From Thermodesulfobacteriota bacterium (GTDB taxonomy: Bacteria > Desulfobacterota > BSN033 > UBA1163), in NCBI GenBank assembly GCA_049513055.1, contig JBEKWN010000009.1, positions 3,789 to 67,788 of the forward strand: DNA of 64,000 bases, written 5' to 3'. The translations under genes and the position numbers were made by a program. How positions within the stretch are numbered: position 1 is the stretch's first letter; each line of letters begins with the position of its first letter. The notes under the pieces were generated by a model, which searched no databases, was not told the DNA's origin, and saw nothing but the letters and a program-made list of their open reading frames with translations. Shown piece by piece: positions 37,893 to 47,548 of this stretch.

Positions 37893-38753
37893 ATGAAGGA
37901 AGACGAAAGGATTGTCGAAGTGGATTGCATTACCCATATCTATCCAGATATGACCAAAGTGCAGATTTGCGGTCTGGACTTTATTGTAAATCGAGGGGAG
38001 AGGGTTTCGATCCTGGGTTCCAATGGCTGTGGAAAGACGACCCTGCTCAAACACCTCCTGGGAGTGCTTATCCCAAAGGATGGAAGCGTTAAGGTTTTTG
38101 GGGTGGATCCCGGGAAGGAATATTCCAAGATCAGAGAAAAAATTGGCGTGGTCATGCAGGATGTAGATGAACAGATCCTCGGCCCGACAGTTTATGATGA
38201 TATCCTCTTTGCTCCCTTAAACTATGGCATTGAGAAGAAAAAGGCAGAAGCCATGGCAAAGGTTGTGATCGAAAAGTTGAGTCTTGAATCGATCCAGAAG
38301 AAAATCGTGAATTACCTCTCAGGCGGGGAAAAAAAGAAAGTGGCTTTAGCCGGAGCATTAGTGATGGAGCCAGACCTGCTGATCCTGGATGAGCCTTTTA
38401 CAGGATTGGATCCTGTTTCAAGAAGAGATCTGATCCAGATTCTGAATGAGTTGAATAAGGAGAAAGGGATCACCTTCATCATAACACTCCACGAGGTTGA
38501 TCTGGTACCAGAGATGACCGATATTCTTTACCTCATGCACGGACATGGGGATCTCAGCGAACGAGGAAGGCCAGATGAGATTTTTGGAAAATTTAAGGAT
38601 TTAGAAAGTTATAATTTGGTAGAACCCACTCTGACGAAACTCTTCAAGGGATTAAAAAAGGAAGGGCTCGATTTTGGAGACCCCCTCCGTATTGATGAGG
38701 CAATCCAATCGATTAAAAGACACTGGGAAGAGAAAAAAAAAGCTAATAGCTGA
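37893..38753 (+). CDS. cbiO: ECF transporter ATPase CbiO
   Basis: Walker A GSNGCGKTT, signature LSGGEKKKV and Walker B LLILDEP. Confidence 0.85.
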   Translation: MKEDERIVEVDCITHIYPDMTKVQICGLDFIVNRGERVSILGSNGCGKTTLLKHLLGVLIPKDGSVKVFGVDPGKEYSKIREKIGVVMQDVDEQILGPTVYDDILFAPLNYGIEKKKAEAMAKVVIEKLSLESIQKKIVNYLSGGEKKKVALAGALVMEPDLLILDEPFTGLDPVSRRDLIQILNELNKEKGITFIITLHEVDLVPEMTDILYLMHGHGDLSERGRPDEIFGKFKDLESYNLVEPTLTKLFKGLKKEGLDFGDPLRIDEAIQSIKRHWEEKKKANS

Positions 38754-38785
38754 TAGCCGATGGCTGATAGCGGGAAATTTTCAGA

Positions 38786-39796
38786 ATGAGACTTGGCAAT
38801 CTCCAACTCGACCATCCTCTTTTTTTGGCACCGATGTCAGGGATTACGGATTATCCCTTCCGCCAACTGGCAAGGGAGATGGGGTGCGGTCTGGTCTTTA
38901 CGGAGATGGTCAGTGCAGAGGGGTTGATAAGAAAGGGGGAAGCGTTTTTAAAAATCAAGAAGGATGAGCATCCGGTCTCTGTTCAACTCTTTGGTTCAAA
39001 TCCGGAAGTCATAGCCGAAGCTGCTCAGATGGCTGAGGCAATGGGTGCAGATGCCATTGACTTCAATATGGGATGCCCGGCCAAACAATTAGTTGAAGCT
39101 GAAGCAGGGGTTGATTTAATGCGATTCCCAGAAAAGGTGAAAGAGATTCTTACAATGGTGAGGAGGGAAGTGAAGAGTCCTCTCACCATCAAAATTCGTT
39201 CTGGATGGGATAGTAAACATATCAATGCTGTGGAGATTTCTAAAATCGCTGAAGACTGCGGGATCGATGCAATCTCTATTCACCCCAGAACAAAAGACCA
39301 GGGGTTTCGCGGCCGGGCGGATTGGAACTTGATCGGCGAGGTGAAGAAGGCGGTCCGTATTCCTGTTGTTGGAAATGGAGATGTGACCCAACCCTCTCTA
39401 GCCAAGGAGATGTTAGAAGAAACGGGTTGTGATGGGGTAATGATTGGAAGAGGAGCATTAGGGAACCCGTGGATCTTCGGTTTTAGAAATTCCATGCATT
39501 TAGAGGGAGAACCGGTGACACTTCCTTCTCTGGAGGAGAGGAAAAACATGATCCATTATCATTTCTTGCTGACTCAAGCCCATTATGGTGAAAAAGGGGC
39601 GGTGAAAGAGATCCGGAAACATGTTTACTGGTATACGAAGGGGCTTCCTTGCTGCGCCTCCTTCCATTCAAAATTATCAGGCTTAAGAGAAAAAGAGGCT
39701 CTGTTCGAAGCGATCCATTCTTATTTTGATTTTGTTCAAAGGAGGAATCAATGCCAATCGTTCGGGTCGGCAAAAAACAGATCAGTTACTGGATAG
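38786..39796 (+). CDS. dus: tRNA-dihydrouridine synthase
   Basis: LAPMSGITD.PFR, IDFNMGCP and V.GNGD are Dus family motifs. Confidence 0.9.
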   Translation: MRLGNLQLDHPLFLAPMSGITDYPFRQLAREMGCGLVFTEMVSAEGLIRKGEAFLKIKKDEHPVSVQLFGSNPEVIAEAAQMAEAMGADAIDFNMGCPAKQLVEAEAGVDLMRFPEKVKEILTMVRREVKSPLTIKIRSGWDSKHINAVEISKIAEDCGIDAISIHPRTKDQGFRGRADWNLIGEVKKAVRIPVVGNGDVTQPSLAKEMLEETGCDGVMIGRGALGNPWIFGFRNSMHLEGEPVTLPSLEERKNMIHYHFLLTQAHYGEKGAVKEIRKHVYWYTKGLPCCASFHSKLSGLREKEALFEAIHSYFDFVQRRNQCQSFGSAKNRSVTG

Positions 39797-40539
39797 GGAG
39801 AAAGGGTCTTTTAGAGGAAAGGGAGACAGTTCTCTTCATCCATGGAGCTGGAGGAGGACAGTATACGTGGAGCTATCAAAAGGGTTTTTTGGAGAAGCAA
39901 TTTAATCCTATCATCATCGAACTTCCTGGCCATGGGGAATCAGAAGGAGAGGGTGAGGAGGAGATCGGAAGGTATGCTGAACATGTTCTTGCCTTTTTAA
40001 AGGCTATGGATCTCCAAAAAGTTTTTCTCGTTGGCCATTCAATGGGTGGAGTAATCGTCCAGACATTGGCCTTGACTCAGGCAGAAGTGATTAAAGGGAT
40101 CGTATTAGTAGGAACCGGAGCGAGGTTAAAGGTTCTTCCTGTGATCCTAAATGGGATCAAGGACAACTTTGAGGAGACGGTTCGAAAAATAAACCAATTT
40201 GCCTACTCTCGGAAGGCTCCGTCGGATTTAATTGAGAAGGGTATTTCCATTATGCTGCAATGTCAACCGGAGGTTCTCTATGGCGACTTTCTGGCCTGTG
40301 ACCGGTTCGACCTCATTAATGAGGTAGAGAAAATCGTTCTTCCCACGCTTCTCCTCTGTGGAGATGATGACCAACTCACCCCTGTAAAGTATTCCCAATT
40401 CCTTCATAGTCGGATCAAAGGTTCGAAACTGGAGATTCTTCCCAATGCCGGCCATATGGTGATGATGGAAGCACCTCAGGCCTTCAATGAAAAGATTAGA
40501 GAATTTATTTCTAACCCCACTTTTTCTGAAAATAGTTAA
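39751..40539 (+). CDS. alpha/beta hydrolase
   Basis: HGAGGG, the nucleophile elbow GHSMGG and a C-terminal GH. 262 aa. Confidence 0.75.
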   Translation: MPIVRVGKKQISYWIGRKGLLEERETVLFIHGAGGGQYTWSYQKGFLEKQFNPIIIELPGHGESEGEGEEEIGRYAEHVLAFLKAMDLQKVFLVGHSMGGVIVQTLALTQAEVIKGIVLVGTGARLKVLPVILNGIKDNFEETVRKINQFAYSRKAPSDLIEKGISIMLQCQPEVLYGDFLACDRFDLINEVEKIVLPTLLLCGDDDQLTPVKYSQFLHSRIKGSKLEILPNAGHMVMMEAPQAFNEKIREFISNPTFSENS

Positions 40540-41434
40540 ACCAGATAAAGAAGAGGATTTCGAAGGGAATGGTGACCGCAGCGGGAATTGCGGCCCTCTC
40601 ATTGAAGAGGACGATGGTGATCGCAGCCGCCAGGCCAAGATTTTTAAACGATCCAAAAAGGACGTAACTCATCCTCCGCTCCCTGCTGGTCCCAGCCAGT
40701 CTTGAGAAAAGGTCAACGAGGTGACCGCTCACAAAAGTTCTTAAAAAAGCGATCGAGGAGACGAGGATTAGGATATCGAAGTGGCTGAGGAAGGTAGAAC
40801 GGTTCATTCCGATGACCACATAGATGATGAGAAAGAAGGCGAGATTAACAAGGATGTTGGTATTTTCTTTGATCTGATGAAAGACCTTCCATTTCAGAAG
40901 CACTCTGGATACTATAAATGGGATGAGGATCATCTGAACTAAGACAGAGATCAGTTTGAGGGGCTCGATCCTGCCTACCTCCAAGAACTGAAATGAAATG
41001 AGGGGAGCCACTATTAAAGCCAAGAGATAGAGGCTTGCAGAGCCAATCAGGGAGACCATCATCTCTCCCTTCAAGAGATAGGTGAAAGGCAGTACGGCCA
41101 CCGCTGAAGGAATGGCTGCCATCACTACGAAACCCGCATAGAGGTCGCGGTCTTTAATGAGAAGGTGATTGAGCAAAAGGATCATTCCGCTTAAAAAGAA
41201 GTAGTTGGTCAAAAAAACGAAAAGGATGTCGCGGATATATTTTTTTACATGAATGATTTCAAAAAGGGTTATTTGTGTGGTCGAGAGAGACATAATTAAG
41301 ACGAGGGCGGGCAAAATGCATTCTTTTAACAAAGAAGCATAATCTCCGAAGGTCAATCCGAGAAGAAAGGCAATGAGAAAAACGAGATTACTGTTCTTCA
41401 GATAATGGGACAGAAATGATGAAGTCATTAGCAC
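40511..41434 (-). CDS. polytopic membrane transporter (bile acid:Na+ symporter / AEC-like fold)
   Basis: About 9-10 TM helices and a GSFKNLGLAAAI motif. The family assignment is tentative. Confidence 0.45.
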   Translation of the reverse strand: MLMTSSFLSHYLKNSNLVFLIAFLLGLTFGDYASLLKECILPALVLIMSLSTTQITLFEIIHVKKYIRDILFVFLTNYFFLSGMILLLNHLLIKDRDLYAGFVVMAAIPSAVAVLPFTYLLKGEMMVSLIGSASLYLLALIVAPLISFQFLEVGRIEPLKLISVLVQMILIPFIVSRVLLKWKVFHQIKENTNILVNLAFFLIIYVVIGMNRSTFLSHFDILILVSSIAFLRTFVSGHLVDLFSRLAGTSRERRMSYVLFGSFKNLGLAAAITIVLFNERAAIPAAVTIPFEILFFIWFNYFQKKWG

Positions 41435-41549
41435 CCCATCTCATTTCAAAATAATTTATCCTCCCCGCAGATCAATTTCAAGTAGGGTCATGGAAAAAAG
41501 CAATGAGAACAAATTGACAACCCGAGAACCTGATGATAGGTATATTCCG

Positions 41550-42434
41550 ATGAAGCGTTGGTTGGTCGTGGACCTTTCCATCCCAAAGGAATTCGGAGAA
41601 GCGGTCTCAAACTTCTTGATCGAGCAAGGAGCCACAGGCATTGAAGAGGTCGGTGGAGATTTAAAATGGGAAAAGCTGAGGACTTATTTCCCGCAGGACG
41701 GAAAAGAGAAAAGAATTCTTCATTCTCTCCATCGCTATTTGAAATCACTGAAGAAGATCGCCCCTGAAATTCCCCGCGCACACATTAAGACCGCCTTTCT
41801 TCCTGAACAGGATTGGAGTGAGAATTGGAAAAGGTTTTTTAAACCTGTTCACGTGACATCCAGATTTGTGGTGAAGCCACCCTGGTCTAAGATTCGATTA
41901 AAAAGGGAGCAGATTCCCATTGACATCACCCCAGGAATGGCCTTTGGTACAGGAACTCATGCCACAACCATCCTCTGCATCCAAGCACTGGAAGAGAGAC
42001 TCAAGAAGAGGAGGCTATCCGCTCTTGATGTAGGAACAGGTTCAGGGATTCTTTCCATCATCGCAGCTAAATTAGGAGCTAAGGAGGTCTGGGGGATAGA
42101 CATTGATGGCGTAGCAGTGGAGATTGCCAGAGAAAATGTGGAGAAGAACCATGTTTCGAGTATCGTCAAGATAAGAAAAAGAAGCATAGGGGATCTTCAA
42201 AAAAAGTTTGACGTAATAGTAGCCAATATCGATCTCAAGAGTTTGAGAAGGATGAGAAGACCTCTTCTGAACCACCTCAAGAACGAGGGTTGGCTTATCC
42301 TATCAGGAATATTGGAAAAGGAAGAAGAGATACTTCGTGAACATTACTTAAAAACAGGACTCCTACGATGGATCAAAGTCGCTCAAGAAGGGGAGTGGGT
42401 CTGCCTTACCTTTAAGAGAAAGAAGGAACGTTAG
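41550..42434 (+). CDS. prmA: ribosomal protein L11 methyltransferase PrmA
   Basis: DITPGMAFGTGTH.TT and the SAM motif LDVGTGSGILSI. The ATG at 41550 gives the typical MKRW..V start. Confidence 0.85.
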   Translation: MKRWLVVDLSIPKEFGEAVSNFLIEQGATGIEEVGGDLKWEKLRTYFPQDGKEKRILHSLHRYLKSLKKIAPEIPRAHIKTAFLPEQDWSENWKRFFKPVHVTSRFVVKPPWSKIRLKREQIPIDITPGMAFGTGTHATTILCIQALEERLKKRRLSALDVGTGSGILSIIAAKLGAKEVWGIDIDGVAVEIARENVEKNHVSSIVKIRKRSIGDLQKKFDVIVANIDLKSLRRMRRPLLNHLKNEGWLILSGILEKEEEILREHYLKTGLLRWIKVAQEGEWVCLTFKRKKER

Positions 42435-42435
42435 A

Positions 42436-43176
42436 GTGATGTCGAGATTTTATGTTCCTCAACCTCGGATTGAGAAGGGGATGCTCAAGATTGAAGGCGA
42501 TGAGGTAAAACATATTCGAAAGGTTCTCCGCCTCAAAGCAGGAGATGAGATCATCGTCTTCGATGGTTTGGGCAAGGAGTTTGAAGGTGCAATTGTTGAA
42601 GAAGGGCTCTCCTCTGTCGTGATTAAGATTCAAAATATTTTCTCCTCAAAAAGAGATTCTCCCTTAGAAGTTACTCTGGCCCAAAGCCTCCTCAAGGGTG
42701 AGAAGATGGACTACTTGATCCAGAAGGCCACGGAGTTAGGGGTCAAAGAGATCATTCCTTTTTTCTCCTCCCGTTCAGTACCTCTTTTAGAAAAATCGAA
42801 AAAACTGAAACGCCATCATCGATGGGAAAAAATTGCCATTGAGGCCTCCAAACAATGTGGAAGAGGAGTGGTTCCAAAGATTGAATCCCTCCAAGACTAT
42901 TCCGATATGCTTCAAACTGCTTCACCAGACACCCTCCGTCTTATTCTCTGGGAAAAAGAAGGGATCAAGTTAAAAGAAATATTGGAAAGATTAAAAGAAA
43001 AGAAAAAGATCTTTTTTATTATTGGACCAGAAGGAGGATTTAGCCAGTTGGAGGTTGATGAGGCGAAAAAAACCGGATTCATCCCTGTTACATTGGGGAG
43101 GAGGATATTAAGGGCTGAAACAGCAAGTCTCTGTTTTCTCAGCATTCTTCAATATGAAAAGGGGGATATAGGATAA
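42436..43176 (+). CDS. rsmE: 16S rRNA (uracil1498-N3)-methyltransferase RsmE
   Basis: N-terminal PUA-like HIRKVLRLK.GD and a C-terminal SPOUT knot (IGPEGGFS..E, LG.RILRAETA). Confidence 0.85.
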   Translation: MMSRFYVPQPRIEKGMLKIEGDEVKHIRKVLRLKAGDEIIVFDGLGKEFEGAIVEEGLSSVVIKIQNIFSSKRDSPLEVTLAQSLLKGEKMDYLIQKATELGVKEIIPFFSSRSVPLLEKSKKLKRHHRWEKIAIEASKQCGRGVVPKIESLQDYSDMLQTASPDTLRLILWEKEGIKLKEILERLKEKKKIFFIIGPEGGFSQLEVDEAKKTGFIPVTLGRRILRAETASLCFLSILQYEKGDIG

Positions 43177-43237
43177 AAAGAGGGCCGATTCCATTCAAGA
43201 ACCGGCCCAACCAGAAAGGAGGGGTATGAAGAGGTAT

Positions 43238-43375
43238 TTATGCAGCCTTTTTCTCTAAATTATCGACAAATTCCTTATAGGTCTTACATTCTTGGATAAG
43301 TTTACACTTTCTCCGACAGACTTCAACATGAATTTTTGGACTTCCTTTCCTTTTATCACAAATAAGATAACTCAT
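43238..43375 (-). CDS. 45-aa Cys-rich micro-protein (not in ORF track)
   Basis: The RBS AAGGGGGA lies 7 nt upstream of the ATG. The product is MSYLICDKRKGSPKIHVEVCRRKCKLIQECKTYKEFVDNLEKKAA. Translated by hand, with no family recognised. Confidence 0.25.
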   Translation of the reverse strand: MSYLICDKRKGSPKIHVEVCRRKCKLIQECKTYKEFVDNLEKKAA

Positions 43376-43718
43376 TTTAAATCCCCCTTTCTACCTATTT
43401 GCAGCCAGTCAAGACGGGAACTGATAATCTATATTTAGAATTGAGGATATTTTAGAACACAAAATATAGGAATGTCAAGAAAAAAATTTAAAAATTTATA
43501 AAATAATTTATATATAATTTCAATAAGTTACAATTTTAAAGGAAAGTAAAATAACAATTTTTTAAATCATCTTAATGAAATTTAAGGGATATAGTCTCAT
43601 TTCTTCTATTTGGGGGTATGAAGACAAGATTGGCCACAGGAAGCTTTATGAAAGGGTTTTTTAAGGATTGGGGGCTGGTTTGAAAGGGTTTTTTCTTCGA
43701 TAGCTGTGCCTAGACGTT

Positions 43719-44064
43719 CTACTCCTGCGTTTTTCGCACATCGAGAACTTGAACCACTCGGTCGAAGACCACGCTCTTATCCGCCCGGACAATCACCGGC
43801 CTCGCTTTGTTAAAAGCAATGAGGGATTTCAATCTCTGTCTTTAAATCTCTGAGGTTCTTGGGTTGGTTCTTGAGGAAGATTTTATTTCGATTGTTGATC
43901 GTGACCACAACGGGCTCAGTCTGGTCTACTGGTGATTTGATATTGGCCTGAGGAAGTTTCACAATGATTCGAAAATCTCTTGCAGGGTTGAAGGGGTAGA
44001 CCAAGCTGAAAGAAATGAAGAAGAAGATAAATATGTTTAGAATAATGTCGGTGATAGCAACCAA
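43719..44064 (-). pseudogene. exbD/tolR-like gene, frameshifted
   Basis: The track ORF gives ..ITDIILNIFIFFFI..LPQA......VVVTINNRNKIFLKNQP..LRDLK. After its stop, the typical ExbD C-terminus RPVIVRADKSVVFDRVVQVLDV continues in another frame. Confidence 0.5.
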
Positions 44065-44161
44065 TTCTAAGAAAAGGACTGTGCTTCGATGGGTTTTATT
44101 TTCGTTGTCGGATAAAGATAAAAAAATAGGGCAATTGAAATTGCCCTAAGTTGAAAACAAA

Positions 44162-44234
<73 letters not shown>

Positions 44235-44260
44235 CATCATGAATAATTAGAAAATTTATA

Positions 44261-45202
44261 TTACAACCCCTCTGATGTGTCAAGAGATAGTTTATCCTTT
44301 GGTTGAGTCTTTCTCGTTAAAACTTCTGGATGAATTATCCTCACTAGTGCCTCTAGCCCTTCTGCGATCCTAGGCGTGGGGCGATCCACTAAATTTGAGT
44401 CTATAACATAGATCGCATTCATTTTTACTGCAGGGATACTTTCCCAATTCTGCCACTTTTTGACCAAATTCAAATAGTTTTTTTTGCTCTCCATGGAGCT
44501 CATGATAATGATCTCCGGAGCCTTTAATAGGATAGTCTCTATGCTATACGAGGGATAGCTCATCAATTCATTTTCCGATATACTCCTTCCCCCAGCCAAC
44601 CGGATGAGATCATCGGCGAGTGTACCCTTCCCCACTGTTATCATAGGAACATCTCCTACCTGAAAGAAAACCTTTGGTTTAGAAAGAGATCGGGTAAGGG
44701 TGATGATATTCTCCCTTTTGTTAACCATATCTTTTATCATTCTTCTCGATTCTTTTTCTCTCCCCACAACATCTCCAATATTTTTGATTGTCCCCATCAC
44801 TCCATCGAAACCCTTTGGATCGATTAAATAGACGGGGAAGCCAAAATCGTTGAGACGATGAACGGTATCCATCCGATTGCCATCCCTAATCCCAATGATC
44901 AGATCGGGTTTTAACGAGACAATCTTTTCAATATCGGGATTCACAAACCCTCCGATCCTCGGTTTGTTCAAAACGGCTTCAGGATAATCGCAAAAGTTTG
45001 TGATGGCTGCTATTTCCTCATTCAGTCCTAAAGCAAATAGGATTTCCGTAATGCTAGGGGCAAGGGATATAATCCTTCTTGCAGAATGAGGAATTTTAAC
45101 CTTCCTCCCTATCTCGTCGGTCAATAGGCGTTCTTTCCCCTCAACGGAAATATTAAGAAGGAGGCTGATCACCAAGGCTAAGAGAAGCGATTTTCTAATC
45201 AT
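44261..45202 (-). CDS. ABC transporter periplasmic binding protein, cobalamin/siderophore (BtuF-like)
   Basis: RIISLAPSITEILFALG, KPDLIIG and a C-terminal DSNLVDRPTPRI, in the context of the cob operon. Confidence 0.8.
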   Translation of the reverse strand: MIRKSLLLALVISLLLNISVEGKERLLTDEIGRKVKIPHSARRIISLAPSITEILFALGLNEEIAAITNFCDYPEAVLNKPRIGGFVNPDIEKIVSLKPDLIIGIRDGNRMDTVHRLNDFGFPVYLIDPKGFDGVMGTIKNIGDVVGREKESRRMIKDMVNKRENIITLTRSLSKPKVFFQVGDVPMITVGKGTLADDLIRLAGGRSISENELMSYPSYSIETILLKAPEIIIMSSMESKKNYLNLVKKWQNWESIPAVKMNAIYVIDSNLVDRPTPRIAEGLEALVRIIHPEVLTRKTQPKDKLSLDTSEGL

Positions 45203-46269
45203 ATTTTCTCTGAAACTCCCGCCTCAGCAAAGGTTGCCATTTCGTTGAGAATCTTAAGGCTGGCCTCGATTAGAAATATGCCCAAGGCCGCCCCGGTCCC
45301 CTCACCTAATCTCATATTAAGGTTCAGCAAAGGTATCAGGCTGAGGTGTTCCAATATCCTTCTATGTCCTGGTTCAGCTGATTGATGAGAGGCGATGAGG
45401 TAGGGCCTTACTTGAGGTGAAAGGGATGTGGCGACCAAGGCTGCTGCACCAGAAATGAAGCCATCGATCACAACAGGGATCCGATATCTGGCCCCTGCCA
45501 AAATCAACCCTACAATTCCTCCGATCTCAAATCCTCCTACCTTAGACAGGACATCGATCGCATCCTTTGGATCGGGCTGATTGAGTGCGAGGGCTTTTTG
45601 GATTACCTTCACCTTTCGTTTCCATCCCTCTTCGTCTAGGCCTGCTCCCTTTCCCGTCACTGCGGCAACATCCACTCCTGTTAAAGCAGATGTGATAGCG
45701 CTGGACGGGGTGGTGTTTCCAATTCCCATATCACCCGTTCCCAGGATATCCATCCCTTTTGTCAACTCCTCTTCCACAAGCTCCATCCCGGCCTCAATGG
45801 AACGAATAGCTTCCTCCCGACTCATGGCAGGCCCTTCGGCCATATTGTCAGTCCCCAGGGCTACTTTTTTATCTTTCAATTGAGGGTGTCGTTCAAGTAC
45901 TGAGGCAACACCCAGGTCTGCTACGATGACCCTTGCCCCGACTTGTCGTGCCAAGACATTGATCGCTGCACCTCCACGAAGGAAGTTATAGACCATCTGG
46001 GGAGTCACTTCAGACGGATAGGCGCTCACACCTTTCCGGGTAACCCCGTGGTCTCCGGCCAGTGTAAATATGACTTTGTGGATGATTCGGGGCCTTGCGT
46101 CCCCTTTTATTCCAGCTACCTGAATAGAAAGGAACTCAAGTTGACCCATTGAACCTTGCGGTTTGGTCAGATTGTCCTGCCTCATTCTCGCCTCTGCCAT
46201 GGCCCTCTCGTCCAAAGGTTTAATGCTGTTGATTGCTTGATTAATTTTATCCATCATTCTCCCTCTCAA
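45199..46269 (-). CDS. cobT: nicotinate-nucleotide--dimethylbenzimidazole phosphoribosyltransferase
   Basis: LTKP.GS.G.LE, AGDHGV and GDMGIGNTT are CobT signatures. Confidence 0.9.
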   Translation of the reverse strand: MRGRMMDKINQAINSIKPLDERAMAEARMRQDNLTKPQGSMGQLEFLSIQVAGIKGDARPRIIHKVIFTLAGDHGVTRKGVSAYPSEVTPQMVYNFLRGGAAINVLARQVGARVIVADLGVASVLERHPQLKDKKVALGTDNMAEGPAMSREEAIRSIEAGMELVEEELTKGMDILGTGDMGIGNTTPSSAITSALTGVDVAAVTGKGAGLDEEGWKRKVKVIQKALALNQPDPKDAIDVLSKVGGFEIGGIVGLILAGARYRIPVVIDGFISGAAALVATSLSPQVRPYLIASHQSAEPGHRRILEHLSLIPLLNLNMRLGEGTGAALGIFLIEASLKILNEMATFAEAGVSEKI

Positions 46270-46271
46270 TT

Positions 46272-47021
46272 TTATAAATGGATCGGTTCAAGAATTACTA
46301 AAAGAAGAAGGCAGAGAAGTTCTGCCAATTCATTGGCTGCTCCTAAGATATCCCCTGTCACCCCACTCAGTTTCTTTATGAAAAAGGTTCGATACCCAAG
46401 ACTGAAAAGTCCAATGCCCAAGAAAACCGCTACCCCCTTCATGCCCATGACCAATAAGGCAATTCCAAAAGCCGTGGCCAAGGATAAAGTCATTTCGCGG
46501 CCCCCAAGATTTTCGGTGAAAGGTTTAGCTAAGCCTCCTTCAGACCTTGCATAGGGCGATCGATAACAGACCAAGACCATCGCATTTCTTCCCATCACAG
46601 TCATTAAGATGAGTGCGTAAGGGATAGAGGGGCTCGGAATTTGATCCAGAGCAAGATACTTAGCTCCGATCAGCAGTATGAGGCTAATGACTCCAAACGC
46701 ACCGATTCGACTATCTCTCATCACTTCGAGAATCTTTTCCCTTGGTCCACCAGAGCCCAAACCATCCATGGTATCTGCAAACCCATCCAGATGGAGCCCC
46801 CTGGTTAAGAGTGCGAGAAGTCCAATCGATAACCAGAGGACAAGGGCTCTGGAGAAAAGGAATGAGAAGAGATAATATCCAAGAGCCAAAATGAAACCTA
46901 TGATCAGACCCACTAAGGGAAAGAAAGCCATCGACCTGGCTAATTCCTTCTCCTCTGAGAGGGAAGGGTGCCCAACGGGAAAGATCGTGAGAAATGAAAA
47001 GGCTTGAAGAAAATTCTTCAC
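46272..47021 (-). CDS. cobS: adenosylcobinamide-GDP ribazoletransferase
   Basis: Polytopic, with LHLDGFADT.DG and G.TGD..GA motifs. Confidence 0.9.
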   Translation of the reverse strand: MKNFLQAFSFLTIFPVGHPSLSEEKELARSMAFFPLVGLIIGFILALGYYLFSFLFSRALVLWLSIGLLALLTRGLHLDGFADTMDGLGSGGPREKILEVMRDSRIGAFGVISLILLIGAKYLALDQIPSPSIPYALILMTVMGRNAMVLVCYRSPYARSEGGLAKPFTENLGGREMTLSLATAFGIALLVMGMKGVAVFLGIGLFSLGYRTFFIKKLSGVTGDILGAANELAELLCLLLLVILEPIHL

Positions 47022-47548
47022 TCTTTACCTTTCAAAAAGATTGGAATCCCTGAAACCATAAAAATAACCGTATCCAGTGCTTCGGCAATCCTCTGATTAA
47101 TTATTCCCAATAGATCTCTATATCGACGGCTCAATGGGTCAGCTGGTACGATCCCCATCCCCACCTCGTTGGATACAAGGATAAAAGAAGTTTGGCTCTG
47201 TTTAATAATATTTATTAATTTTTCCGTTTCTTCGATTATCCTCAAATCATTGTCCCATTTCATCAAAAGGTTGTAGAGCCAGAGAGTGAGGCAGTCTATC
47301 AGGATTGCTTCCCTATCCCTCCCGCATTCCCTTATTTTCTTGACAATTTCTATAGGTTCCTCGATGGTCTGCCATTCTGGCCCTCTCATTTTTTTGTGAA
47401 GCTTGATGCGCTGTGCCATCTCTTCATCGAGCACCTCACAGGTAGCCAGAAATAATTTCTTGGAAAAATTTTGATTGGCGTAATGTAAAGCATAGCGGCT
47501 TTTGCCGCTTCGACAGCCCCCGGTAATAAAGATCATTCTTTTTTCCAT
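47018..47548 (-). CDS. cobU: bifunctional adenosylcobinamide kinase / adenosylcobinamide-phosphate guanylyltransferase
   Basis: P-loop ITGGCRSGKS, IDCLT.W. and VSNEVG.GIVP. Confidence 0.9.
   Translation of the reverse strand: MEKRMIFITGGCRSGKSRYALHYANQNFSKKLFLATCEVLDEEMAQRIKLHKKMRGPEWQTIEEPIEIVKKIRECGRDREAILIDCLTLWLYNLLMKWDNDLRIIEETEKLINIIKQSQTSFILVSNEVGMGIVPADPLSRRYRDLLGIINQRIAEALDTVIFMVSGIPIFLKGKE

Noticed and set aside
43740-43770. Short match (GAACCAC..) to the tRNA-Phe T-arm as a possible att repeat
   Set aside because: Only about 7 identical nucleotides match, and the match lies inside the exbD-like pseudogene frame. That is too short to call.
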